64,000 nt of DNA from an uncultured Oscillospiraceae bacterium (lineage in GTDB: Bacteria; Bacillota; Clostridia; Oscillospirales; Oscillospiraceae): assembly GCA_964495355.1 (NCBI GenBank), contig CAZBVU010000003.1:8775-72774 (forward strand), given 5' to 3'. The notes under the pieces are model-generated. The model was not told the origin of the DNA and did no database searches. It saw only the letters and a list, made by a program, of their open reading frames with translations. The translations under genes were made by a program, and so were the position numbers. How positions within the stretch are numbered: position 1 is the stretch's first letter; every line of letters begins with the position of its first letter. Positions 56,525 to 64,000 of this stretch are shown in pieces.

Positions 56525-57589
56525 TTACTTGCCTTTTTTTCTTGCTTCCAGAGAGAGCATAATTATCTTCTCACACAGTTCGGCATAGCTCAGCCCCTCG
56601 ACAGCGGCAGCGCGTGGAATAAGGCTGTTCGGCGTCATGCCCGGGAGGGTATTGACCTCAAGGCACCATGCACGTCCCTCAGCGTCAAGGATGAAATCAG
56701 TGCGCGAATACACCGAAAGTCCCAGCGCCTTGTGGAATTTCAGCGCCGCCTCGCCCATCATCTTCTGCTCCTCGGGTGTGATACGCGCAGGACAAATCTC
56801 ACGTGCGCCCTCATCGCCGCCCTGATACTTGGCAACATAGTCGAACCTGCCCTCAGGCGGGACAATCTCGATGGCGCTCAAATAGTGGTCATCCAGCACC
56901 GGCATTGTCATCTCACGGCCGACTATCTTCTCCTCGACAACTGCGCGGTCAGAATATTTCAACACCTCTTTCAGGCCGCTTTCCAACTCATCGCGCGTTT
57001 CCGCAATGACAACACCGATAGACGAACCGCCGTTCACTGCCTTTATAACACAGGGGACAAACAGCTCATCGCACAGCGCGGGAATATCCGCCGCGGTATA
57101 TGTTATCTCGCGCCATCTGGGTGTGAGGACACCGGCGCTCTCCATAATGCGCTTTGCCACGGCCTTATCCATGGCCATCGCACTGCCAAGCGGCCCTGAA
57201 CCCGTGTACGGTACTCCCAAGAGGTCGAGCGCGGCCTGTATTTTACCGTCCTCACCGTCAGCCCCGTGCAGGCCGAGGAACACACAGTCGGCAAGGCGGC
57301 ACACCTCCAGCACGTTCTTACCAAGGCGGCTTGGGCTTTTGTCCATGCGCGCGGCTTTCACCGCGTCAAGATCAGGTGCTGTCTTTTCTATGGCGACATC
57401 GCCGCAGAAACCGTCCGGCACATCGAACACATCTTCAAGTGCGCCGCGATAGTTCTCCAGCCCCATGAACATATCCACAAATATCGCCTTATGGCCAAGT
57501 GAGCGCAGCGCCTTGCACACGCTTGTGCTGGTAACGAGCGCGACATGGCGCTCTGTGCTGATGCCGCCGCCCAATACTACTATTTTCAT
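56525..57589 (-). CDS. ddl: D-alanine--D-alanine ligase
   Basis: Start at MKIVVLGGGISTERHVAL, after AGAGGAG. ATP-grasp body. C-terminal LEVNTLPGMTPNSL. Confidence 0.9.
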   Translation of the reverse strand: MKIVVLGGGISTERHVALVTSTSVCKALRSLGHKAIFVDMFMGLENYRGALEDVFDVPDGFCGDVAIEKTAPDLDAVKAARMDKSPSRLGKNVLEVCRLADCVFLGLHGADGEDGKIQAALDLLGVPYTGSGPLGSAMAMDKAVAKRIMESAGVLTPRWREITYTAADIPALCDELFVPCVIKAVNGGSSIGVVIAETRDELESGLKEVLKYSDRAVVEEKIVGREMTMPVLDDHYLSAIEIVPPEGRFDYVAKYQGGDEGAREICPARITPEEQKMMGEAALKFHKALGLSVYSRTDFILDAEGRAWCLEVNTLPGMTPNSLIPRAAAVEGLSYAELCEKIIMLSLEARKKGK

Positions 57590-57668
57590 AATTTTGCTCC
57601 TCTGTTTTACCCCGACCTCCATAATGGAGATCGGGGTATTTTGCCGATTATATTATTTTGATTTCAGG

Positions 57669-59102
57669 TCAGCACTGCTTCATAACCCTGATGAAGAACT
57701 CAACCGCGCGGCCAATGACCTCAAGGCGGATGTGCTCATCGTTGCCATGGATGGTGTGCCGCTCCTCCGCGGTGAGATCCATTGCGGAGAAACGATATAC
57801 ACGGTCGCTGATCTCGCCGTAGTGGCGGCTGTCAGAGCACTGCACCATCAGGTACGGCGCAACAAGGCATCCCTGCCAGGTGCCGGCGACAGCGTTTGCA
57901 ACGCGCTCCCATCCGGCGCAATCCGTGCTGGAAATGGGGCTGGGCTCCATATTCTGTCCGGCAGTCAGCTTGACATTGGGATCATTGACGACAGAACGGA
58001 CATACTCCATTGCGCTCTCCACGCTGTCCTCAGGATTGAGGCGCAGGTTGGAGACCATGGACACGGAAGGCGGAATGACGTTGGGCGCCTTACTGCCGCT
58101 CATCTGCGTAAAAGCGACCGTGGTGCGCATGAGTGCATTCAGCTCACCGCCGGACTTTTTGCAGATGGCATCCAGCACACCGCCAAAGCACCAGAGGTTT
58201 GCAAATATCATGCGGTAAACAAAGGTGGAGTGACGGCCAAGTGTATCAAACATCTCCTGCACGGGCTTGGTGAGGTGTGCCTTAAAAGGATGCGCCTCAA
58301 CCTTGGTGCAGGCTATAGCAAGCTGACCCACGGGGGTGTGCGGTGCGGGGGCGGAGGCGTGACCGCCGCCGGAGGAAATGGAATACTCGATATTCAGCAT
58401 ACCCTTTTCCGCAATGCCGATAAGTCCGCAAGGCTGCTTCACGCCCGGGAACATATTCTCAACAACGCCGCCGCCCTCGTCAACGACCAGCTCAAGCTCA
58501 ATCCCCTGCTCCTTGAAGTAGTTGACGATGTTGCGTGCGCCCTTGCCGTTTATCTCCTCACCGCCGGAGAATGCAAAGTAAATATCATTTTCCGGTGTGA
58601 AGCCCTGCTTGATGAGGTTTTCCGCAGCAGAGAGAATACCGTTGAAGGTCACCTTGGTGTCAAGCGTGCCGCGCCCCCACATAATACCGTCGCTTATCTC
58701 GGCCTCAAATGCGGGATGCGTCCAGTTCTCCTCCTCCACAGGCACAACGTCATAGTGCGCCATCAGCACAGCGGGCTTACCATCGCCGCGGCCTTTCCAG
58801 TGGAACAGCAGACCTCTGTCCTCAAAGCGCATGAGAGGGCAGGTCTTTACGACGTTGGGGAACAGCTCCGGCAGCTTGCCGATGAGCTTTTCAAACTCGG
58901 CATCATCTTCAAGCGTGTGGTCATAGTAGGAGACCGTGCGGCACTTTATAAGCTCCGCAAGAGAGTTTATCGCCGCATCGCGGTCAAACTCAACCGGTTC
59001 AAATTCCTTTTTTTCATCGCCCTTGGGCTTGAACATCGCTGTGCGGATAAGCACCACAGCGAGGAACGCCACAACAACCGCCAGAATAATCCAGCCAATC
59101 AT
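57669..59102 (-). CDS. membrane-anchored M20/M25/M40 family metallopeptidase
   Basis: N-terminal TM helix. AHYDVVP, WGRGTLDTK, FSGGEE and HGNDEH motifs. 477 aa. Confidence 0.8.
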   Translation of the reverse strand: MIGWIILAVVVAFLAVVLIRTAMFKPKGDEKKEFEPVEFDRDAAINSLAELIKCRTVSYYDHTLEDDAEFEKLIGKLPELFPNVVKTCPLMRFEDRGLLFHWKGRGDGKPAVLMAHYDVVPVEEENWTHPAFEAEISDGIMWGRGTLDTKVTFNGILSAAENLIKQGFTPENDIYFAFSGGEEINGKGARNIVNYFKEQGIELELVVDEGGGVVENMFPGVKQPCGLIGIAEKGMLNIEYSISSGGGHASAPAPHTPVGQLAIACTKVEAHPFKAHLTKPVQEMFDTLGRHSTFVYRMIFANLWCFGGVLDAICKKSGGELNALMRTTVAFTQMSGSKAPNVIPPSVSMVSNLRLNPEDSVESAMEYVRSVVNDPNVKLTAGQNMEPSPISSTDCAGWERVANAVAGTWQGCLVAPYLMVQCSDSRHYGEISDRVYRFSAMDLTAEERHTIHGNDEHIRLEVIGRAVEFFIRVMKQC

Positions 59103-59120
59103 TTTTGTTTACCTCCTTGG

Positions 59121-59789
59121 TTAATCGAGAATGTGCTTTTTATAGAGTATACGTGAAACGCCGATAGTGAACAGCACGCCGACAGGCACCATTATGCCGA
59201 CCGTGGACGCGTTAAGCGCTGGAACAAAGATGAACAGCGCCAGCATAAGGATGATCGGTGCAACCGCGATCTTCCAGTTCTTCGACACGAACACAACACC
59301 CAGACCGCCGAACAGTGCAGGCAGGATCTGCGCAAATGCAGGAGCAAGCACAGGTGCATCAAGTATCGGGGTGAGCGGCGTAATGAGAATAACGCCGAGG
59401 ATGATGATAAGCGTGGTGACAATGCTGGACACCGCAATAGCGATGGTGGAAACTATCTCGCCCTCTTCTGTGCGGATGCTGACGTCCGCCTGATCAAGTG
59501 CGTTCAGCGCGACAGGCAGCTTCAGGTTGGAGATATTGCCGGTGACAAAGCTGAGGTAAGAGCCGCCCGCGCCCAGCATTGGGACGTAGGTGAACGTCTC
59601 CACAATGCCGACCGCCCAGTACATGGGGGCAGTGGCGATAAGGCCCATCCAAAAGCCGTGCCAGTCAGGTGTGGCGTTGAAGATGATGCTGACAATCAGC
59701 GGGAACATCATCAGCACGACCACCATGCTCAAGTTCCAGATACGACCGGCCTTATGTACAGAATGGATATAGGAAGATTCCTGTTTCAT
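59121..59789 (-). CDS. hypothetical polytopic membrane protein
   Basis: 222 aa with about 6 TM helices and a GGAGG RBS. Lies between the DUF5058-like gene and the M20 gene with gaps of 16 and 18 nt. Confidence 0.45.
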   Translation of the reverse strand: MKQESSYIHSVHKAGRIWNLSMVVVLMMFPLIVSIIFNATPDWHGFWMGLIATAPMYWAVGIVETFTYVPMLGAGGSYLSFVTGNISNLKLPVALNALDQADVSIRTEEGEIVSTIAIAVSSIVTTLIIILGVILITPLTPILDAPVLAPAFAQILPALFGGLGVVFVSKNWKIAVAPIILMLALFIFVPALNASTVGIMVPVGVLFTIGVSRILYKKHILD

Positions 59790-59805
59790 TATGTATTACC
59801 TCCTC

Positions 59806-60543
59806 TCAGGAAAGCCACGCGGTTATGGGTATCGCACATGCCATACCGACAATAAGGCTTATCGGCAGGGCATAGTCGCTGACCCAGCGCCACTTTGTTT
59901 TCTTAACCAACACACCCGCAAGGCACATGACCAGTGCCGACACCAGCATGACCAGCGGTGGGATAAGTCCCTTGAGATTGCCTGAAAACACAGAGCCGAA
60001 ATCGCAGAAAACATAGCCGAGGAATGCAGAGATCATACCGGTGAACATAGCGGCGGAGAAAATCTCACTCCACTTATTGTCGCGGTTTTCCATGTTGATC
60101 ATGCCCTTTTGCAGCTTCTCAGCGACAACAGGCACCAGCCAGATGCCTATCATAATGCTGAGCGTCATAACCCATGCGATGGTGACATACTGCTGCGCGG
60201 TCAGGGATGTGACCTGGCCGAACACCAGACCCATTGCGCTTTCCGCGTTGGAGGCGGCGATAGTCTCATACGAAAGAGAGCCTACCACGCTCAGTCTAAG
60301 CCACGGCAGAGGTACGCCGAGATCCTTTGCGAGGGTGATAACGCTGATAACGATTGCAACAGCCGGTGCTATCGTGAAGATAGCGGCAGTGCGCGCTATG
60401 CGCTTCATCTTCGCCTTTTCCATACCGATTGCCAAGCCTCTTCTCCATGCCTTGACGAGGAAAAACACAGACTGCGCAACTACAGCCGCGATTATCACGC
60501 CCGTGATGACAAAGAGGATTGGACTGTTTACATTGAATGTCAT
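59806..60543 (-). CDS. DUF5058-like polytopic membrane protein
   Basis: 245 aa with about 6 TM helices. The N-terminal part (SPILFVITGVIIAAVVAQSVFFLVKAWRRGL...LPWLRLSVVGSLSYE) matches my recollection of DUF5058. Confidence 0.5.
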   Translation of the reverse strand: MTFNVNSPILFVITGVIIAAVVAQSVFFLVKAWRRGLAIGMEKAKMKRIARTAAIFTIAPAVAIVISVITLAKDLGVPLPWLRLSVVGSLSYETIAASNAESAMGLVFGQVTSLTAQQYVTIAWVMTLSIMIGIWLVPVVAEKLQKGMINMENRDNKWSEIFSAAMFTGMISAFLGYVFCDFGSVFSGNLKGLIPPLVMLVSALVMCLAGVLVKKTKWRWVSDYALPISLIVGMACAIPITAWLS

Positions 60544-60597
60544 GCTGCTTCTACTCCTTTATATATTAAATTTTTTACGCTCAACCAATATGCCAGG

Positions 60598-61818
60598 TCA
60601 TATAACCTGAAAAATGTAGAACTTCAAATAATCCGTCTCCGGTACGTTCCACAGCACCGGATGATCAGGTGCCTGCTGGCGCGCCTCTATCTGCTTCAGT
60701 TCAACCCCCGCGTCATGCGCGGCGGAAATCAGCATCTCCCTGAATCGGGCGTCCGGCATAAAGTGGCTGCATGACGCGGTCGCGAAATATCCGCCGCGCG
60801 GCAGAAGCCGCAGTGCCCGCAGATTTATCTCTTTATACCCTCTCTCGGCGCTGTTCGCGGTCTTTCTGGATTTTGTGAACGCAGGAGGGTCGAGTATGAT
60901 GAAGTCATACGGCTTGACGCCCTCAGCTTCAAGCTTCGGCAGAAGCTCAAACACATCCGCCTTTATAAAGTCCATGCGTTCCGCCAGACCGTTGCGAGCT
61001 GCATTTTCCCGCGCCATGTTCAGCGCCGTTTCCGACACATCAACCGCCGTGACGTGCGCTGCACCGCCCTGCGCGGCGTTGAGCGCGAACGAGCCTGTGT
61101 GCGTAAAGCAATCCAGCACGCGCCGCCCCTTTGCAAGGCGCGCGACCGCGAGGCGGTTATATTTCTGGTCGAGGAAGAAGCCTGTTTTCTGGCCGTTTTC
61201 CACGTCCACAGTATAATATATGCCGTTTTCGCAGATTTCTGTCAGCGCAGTGTCTGGATGCTCTGTCCCGTACCAGCCCTTATACTGTGAAAGTCCCTCC
61301 AAAGCGCGGATGGGAACATCGTTTCTTTCAAAAATACCGTCTATCTGCTGACCGTCAGCGCGAAGGACATCAAGGATTATCGGGAACAGCCTGTCTTTTA
61401 TCCGCTCAATCCCTACCGAAAGCGTCTGCGCAACGAGGACGTTGGAGAATCTATCCACCGTCAAGCCTGGGAAGCCGTCCGCCTCACCGAATATAACGCG
61501 GCAGCAGCCGATATCATCGCCCATCACGGTTTTTCTGTAGTCCCATGCGTATTTTATGCGCCGCGTCCAGAATGCATTGTCAAAGCTGTCGTTCGCGTTG
61601 CGCGATACCAGCCGCACGCGGATTTTGCTTTCACGGCTGAGAAAGCCTGTGCCGAGGTATTTTCCTTTCTCACTCACCGCATCTACAAGCGCACCGTTTT
61701 CGGCTTCCTCCGCACCGGAGATTATCTCGGCCGCGTATATCCACGGATGCCCCCGCTCAACCCAGCGCGTCCCCTTCGCAGTGACCACAACGCGCGGGTA
61801 TACCCGCTGTACTTTCAT
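60598..61818 (-). CDS. class I SAM-dependent rRNA methyltransferase with PUA domain (RlmI/RlmK-like)
   Basis: N-terminal PUA-like WVERGHPWIYAAEI. SAM motif VLDCFTHTGSFAL. DPPAF motif IV. Confidence 0.75.
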   Translation of the reverse strand: MKVQRVYPRVVVTAKGTRWVERGHPWIYAAEIISGAEEAENGALVDAVSEKGKYLGTGFLSRESKIRVRLVSRNANDSFDNAFWTRRIKYAWDYRKTVMGDDIGCCRVIFGEADGFPGLTVDRFSNVLVAQTLSVGIERIKDRLFPIILDVLRADGQQIDGIFERNDVPIRALEGLSQYKGWYGTEHPDTALTEICENGIYYTVDVENGQKTGFFLDQKYNRLAVARLAKGRRVLDCFTHTGSFALNAAQGGAAHVTAVDVSETALNMARENAARNGLAERMDFIKADVFELLPKLEAEGVKPYDFIILDPPAFTKSRKTANSAERGYKEINLRALRLLPRGGYFATASCSHFMPDARFREMLISAAHDAGVELKQIEARQQAPDHPVLWNVPETDYLKFYIFQVI

Positions 61819-61903
61819 CTCTATCCTCACCACACCATTATTACCTAATAATAATTTATTTTATCACATTTATAAATCCATGAAAAGAGGGAAAAACGCA
61901 TTT

Positions 61904-62737
61904 TTATCCAAATCTTCGCGCATAGCCGCAGCGACGGCAGAGGGGTTCAGCGGCGGTGCGGCGAGAGAAGCCGTCATATATCTTCTGCGCGCGCTCAGTG
62001 GACAGAATTTCATCCAGCGTATTGTCAAAAAGATTGCCCAGCGCGATATCGCCCTCATGGTCAAGGCAGCACGGCACAACAGATCCATCCACCAGCACGC
62101 CCAACTGGTCGCGCAGGCCATAGCAGAATACCCGCTCGCCGCCGTCCTGTGCAGTCAGCTCCGGCCAGTCGAACTTTTCGCCGGATTCCAGCCACACACG
62201 CGGCGCAAGCGCAAGGCTCTGTCGGCTCTCCCGCCACGGTTTGGGGAAGTGCCGTTCAAGCAAGGACAGTATATCCGTATTAAGCTCGTCCATGCCGTTT
62301 TTATTCCACAAGCGCAATACGCACAGCTTCCCATTTTCGGCTGCACACGCGGCAAAAGCGGCGCATTGGTTTACATAACTCTTTAGCGTGCCGCCGTCAT
62401 TTGCCTCAAAGGATTGCAGCGAAATATTCACCTTATGCACCGCCGCCGAATTTATCAGCTTATCCCCCTGCTTTGAGAGGAGTGTGCCGTTGGTGGTGAT
62501 AATCACCTTAAAGCCCAGTTCACCCGCGATATTCAGAAACCGCTCCAGCTCCGGATGCAGAAGCGGCTCACCCATGAGGTGAAAATAGAGATAATCGCTG
62601 TACGGCCTGATACGCGCGGCTAGATGCGAAAACTCCTCTGCGCCCATAAAGCGCTTCGTCCGCCGTGTTCCCGGGCAGAACGCGCAGTTGAGATTGCACA
62701 CATTTGTGATTTCAAGATATACCTTATTGAAACGCAT
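61904..62737 (-). CDS. radical SAM / SPASM-domain protein
   Basis: CNLNCAFCPG cluster motif. C-terminal SPASM-like Cys pattern (CYGL...PCCLDHEG...CRRCGY). Start at the ATG at 62737, 6 nt after GGAG. Confidence 0.7.
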   Translation of the reverse strand: MRFNKVYLEITNVCNLNCAFCPGTRRTKRFMGAEEFSHLAARIRPYSDYLYFHLMGEPLLHPELERFLNIAGELGFKVIITTNGTLLSKQGDKLINSAAVHKVNISLQSFEANDGGTLKSYVNQCAAFAACAAENGKLCVLRLWNKNGMDELNTDILSLLERHFPKPWRESRQSLALAPRVWLESGEKFDWPELTAQDGGERVFCYGLRDQLGVLVDGSVVPCCLDHEGDIALGNLFDNTLDEILSTERAQKIYDGFSRRTAAEPLCRRCGYARRFG

Positions 62738-62808
62738 TGTATACTCCAAATTATAGTTAAAGCTGACGGAGGGCGTGTTGCCTCCGTCAGCTAATCATTA
62801 CAAATCGC

Positions 62809-63147
62809 TTAGAACATTCCGGGTAAGCCACCGTTGAGCTTTGCCATGGACTGGCTGGTTTTATCGTCAGCCAGCTTCAATGCGCCGTTTACAGCCGCAA
62901 GGATCATGTCCTGAAGCATTTCGGCATCATCAGGGTCGATAACTTCGGGGTTGATCTCTATCGACTGGAACTCACGCGTGCCGACGATCGTGGCCTTGAC
63001 AGCGCCGCCGCCTGCCGTAAACTCAAACTTGGTAGACTCCAACTCCTGCTGCATCTTCAGGAAATCCTGCTGCATCTTCTGAGCCTGTCTCATCATGTTC
63101 ATCTGGTTTCCACCGGGGAAACCGCCGCGAAATCCGCCTTTTGCCAT
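62809..63147 (-). CDS. ybaB: YbaB/EbfC family nucleoid-associated protein
   Basis: 112 aa. MMRQAQKMQQDFLKMQQELE...GGGAVKATIVG. Directly downstream of dnaX, as is usual. Confidence 0.9.
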   Translation of the reverse strand: MAKGGFRGGFPGGNQMNMMRQAQKMQQDFLKMQQELESTKFEFTAGGGAVKATIVGTREFQSIEINPEVIDPDDAEMLQDMILAAVNGALKLADDKTSQSMAKLNGGLPGMF

Positions 63148-63199
63148 TTTGTTTATCCTCCAATTAAATATTTTTTATATTTTTCAGGTAAGCTTTACC

Positions 63200-64000
63200 T
63201 TATATATAGTGAACCTCTTTGAAATTTTTCAGGTCATCCACACTGCGCGTTTTATTAGAGTCCTCTTTCATCTCGGCCAGCTTCACGCGCATAGTCCGAC
63301 CGCAGACGCGACTTGCTACCGCCGCAAAAGGCGCAAGCACCTCCTGCCGGTTAATGCGCGGGTAGATGAATCCCGGTGCACACTCAATCAGCAGCACATC
63401 ATCCTCAATATAGCCGCGTATCTTGCTCTCATCATCAAGGATAAAGCGCACATCCATCGGGAGCTTTGCGCTGACAGTTTTGCAAATCTCTATCCAGAGT
63501 GATGAATTATCCTCCGACACCAGCACAGGCGCACTAAAATCATCACCGTGCGCTTCTTCATACTGCGCTGCCGGCTCTTGAATCTCAAGCTCCGGCTCTG
63601 CCAATACCGGGGTGGGTGCAGTCTCCGCCGCGGGAGGCGGCTGAATGTCGGCACTCTCCCAGGGTGGAATATCCACCGCCGGTGTGAGGGCTTGTACAGT
63701 CTTCTTGATGGGTGCAGGGCGCGGCGCTTCGGGTTGCGCACTTTCGGCTTTTGGCGCAACGCCTCCCGCTTCCAAGCGGGATATTCTGGCGCGCAGTGAG
63801 CTTATATCCTCACCCAGCATACTGTCACACAGGGAAATAAGGCACAGTTCAACCACGGTTTTGGGGTTCTTCGCCTCACCTAGCTGCACGGAATAGCGCT
63901 GTATAGTCTCCATAGCACATATAAGCTCCTCACGCGTTATACGCGCGGCGAAGCTGCCAAGCGTGGAGATATCATAGCCACCAGAAATAAGATCCACCGC
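63200..64000 (-). CDS. dnaX: DNA polymerase III gamma/tau subunit, C-terminal part (gene continues beyond the window)
   Basis: The frame is open to the window edge. It has a proline-rich hinge (PEAPRPAPIKK...PPWESADIQPPPAAETAP) and a C-terminal domain, and it lies upstream of ybaB. Confidence 0.7.
   Translation of the reverse strand, partial: AVDLISGGYDISTLGSFAARITREELICAMETIQRYSVQLGEAKNPKTVVELCLISLCDSMLGEDISSLRARISRLEAGGVAPKAESAQPEAPRPAPIKKTVQALTPAVDIPPWESADIQPPPAAETAPTPVLAEPELEIQEPAAQYEEAHGDDFSAPVLVSEDNSSLWIEICKTVSAKLPMDVRFILDDESKIRGYIEDDVLLIECAPGFIYPRINRQEVLAPFAAVASRVCGRTMRVKLAEMKEDSNKTRSVDDLKNFKEVHYI

Noticed and set aside
57465-59156. 563-aa plus-strand ORF spanning the ddl start and the whole M20 peptidase gene.
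   Set aside because: It is antisense to two genes that carry unambiguous catalytic motifs and has no domain signature of its own. The 495-aa ORF at 49133-50620(-), opposite the TRAP permease, is rejected for the same reason.

Overview
This 64-kb chromosomal segment comes from a GC-rich Gram-positive anaerobe of Clostridia type. That assignment is inferred from gene content: rpsF-ssb-rpsR, dnaX-ybaB, hemZ, ddl, an EFR1-type ferredoxin, and DUF5685/DUF5058 genes. I can support about 55 protein genes, one tRNA-Ser(GCU), one cobalamin riboswitch, several rho-independent terminators and a few sigma-A-type promoters. I recognised no rRNA, CRISPR array, transposase, integrase or phage gene. Most long ORFs lying opposite the called genes are shadow ORFs of GC-rich coding sequence.

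Gene content is a mix of four kinds:
- Housekeeping: ribosomal proteins, ssb, ddl, dnaX, ybaB, an rRNA methyltransferase, hemZ.
- Envelope glycosylation: phosphodiester glycosidase, a GT2-GtrA fusion, a PMT-like GT39, a GT-C-like membrane protein.
- Regulator/efflux pairs: two MarR-MATE pairs and several TetR and LysR genes.
- Accessory metabolism.

The most interesting items are:
1. A well-formed cobalamin riboswitch (about 36585-36800) controls only a 1789-aa secreted protein. Its C-terminus combines a DUF4430-like domain with a prenyltransferase-like alpha/alpha toroid. These are the two fold types of eukaryotic transcobalamin/intrinsic factor, here in reversed order.
2. A 9.2-kb patchily AT-richer block (21.8-31.0 kb) is bounded by two copies of the same palindromic hairpin. 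It encodes an ene-reductase, an SDR, a LysR regulator and two transporter/MBL-hydrolase pairs, and its two divergent promoter regions share a motif.
3. An sn-glycerol-1-phosphate dehydrogenase-like gene is linked to glpK and an AraL-like HAD phosphatase.
4. A three-gene operon (zinc-ribbon membrane protein, DUF5685, J-domain protein) lies next to a 250-bp array of GAGGGAG/CTCCCTC hairpins.

All functional calls rest on motifs read by eye. No database search was run.
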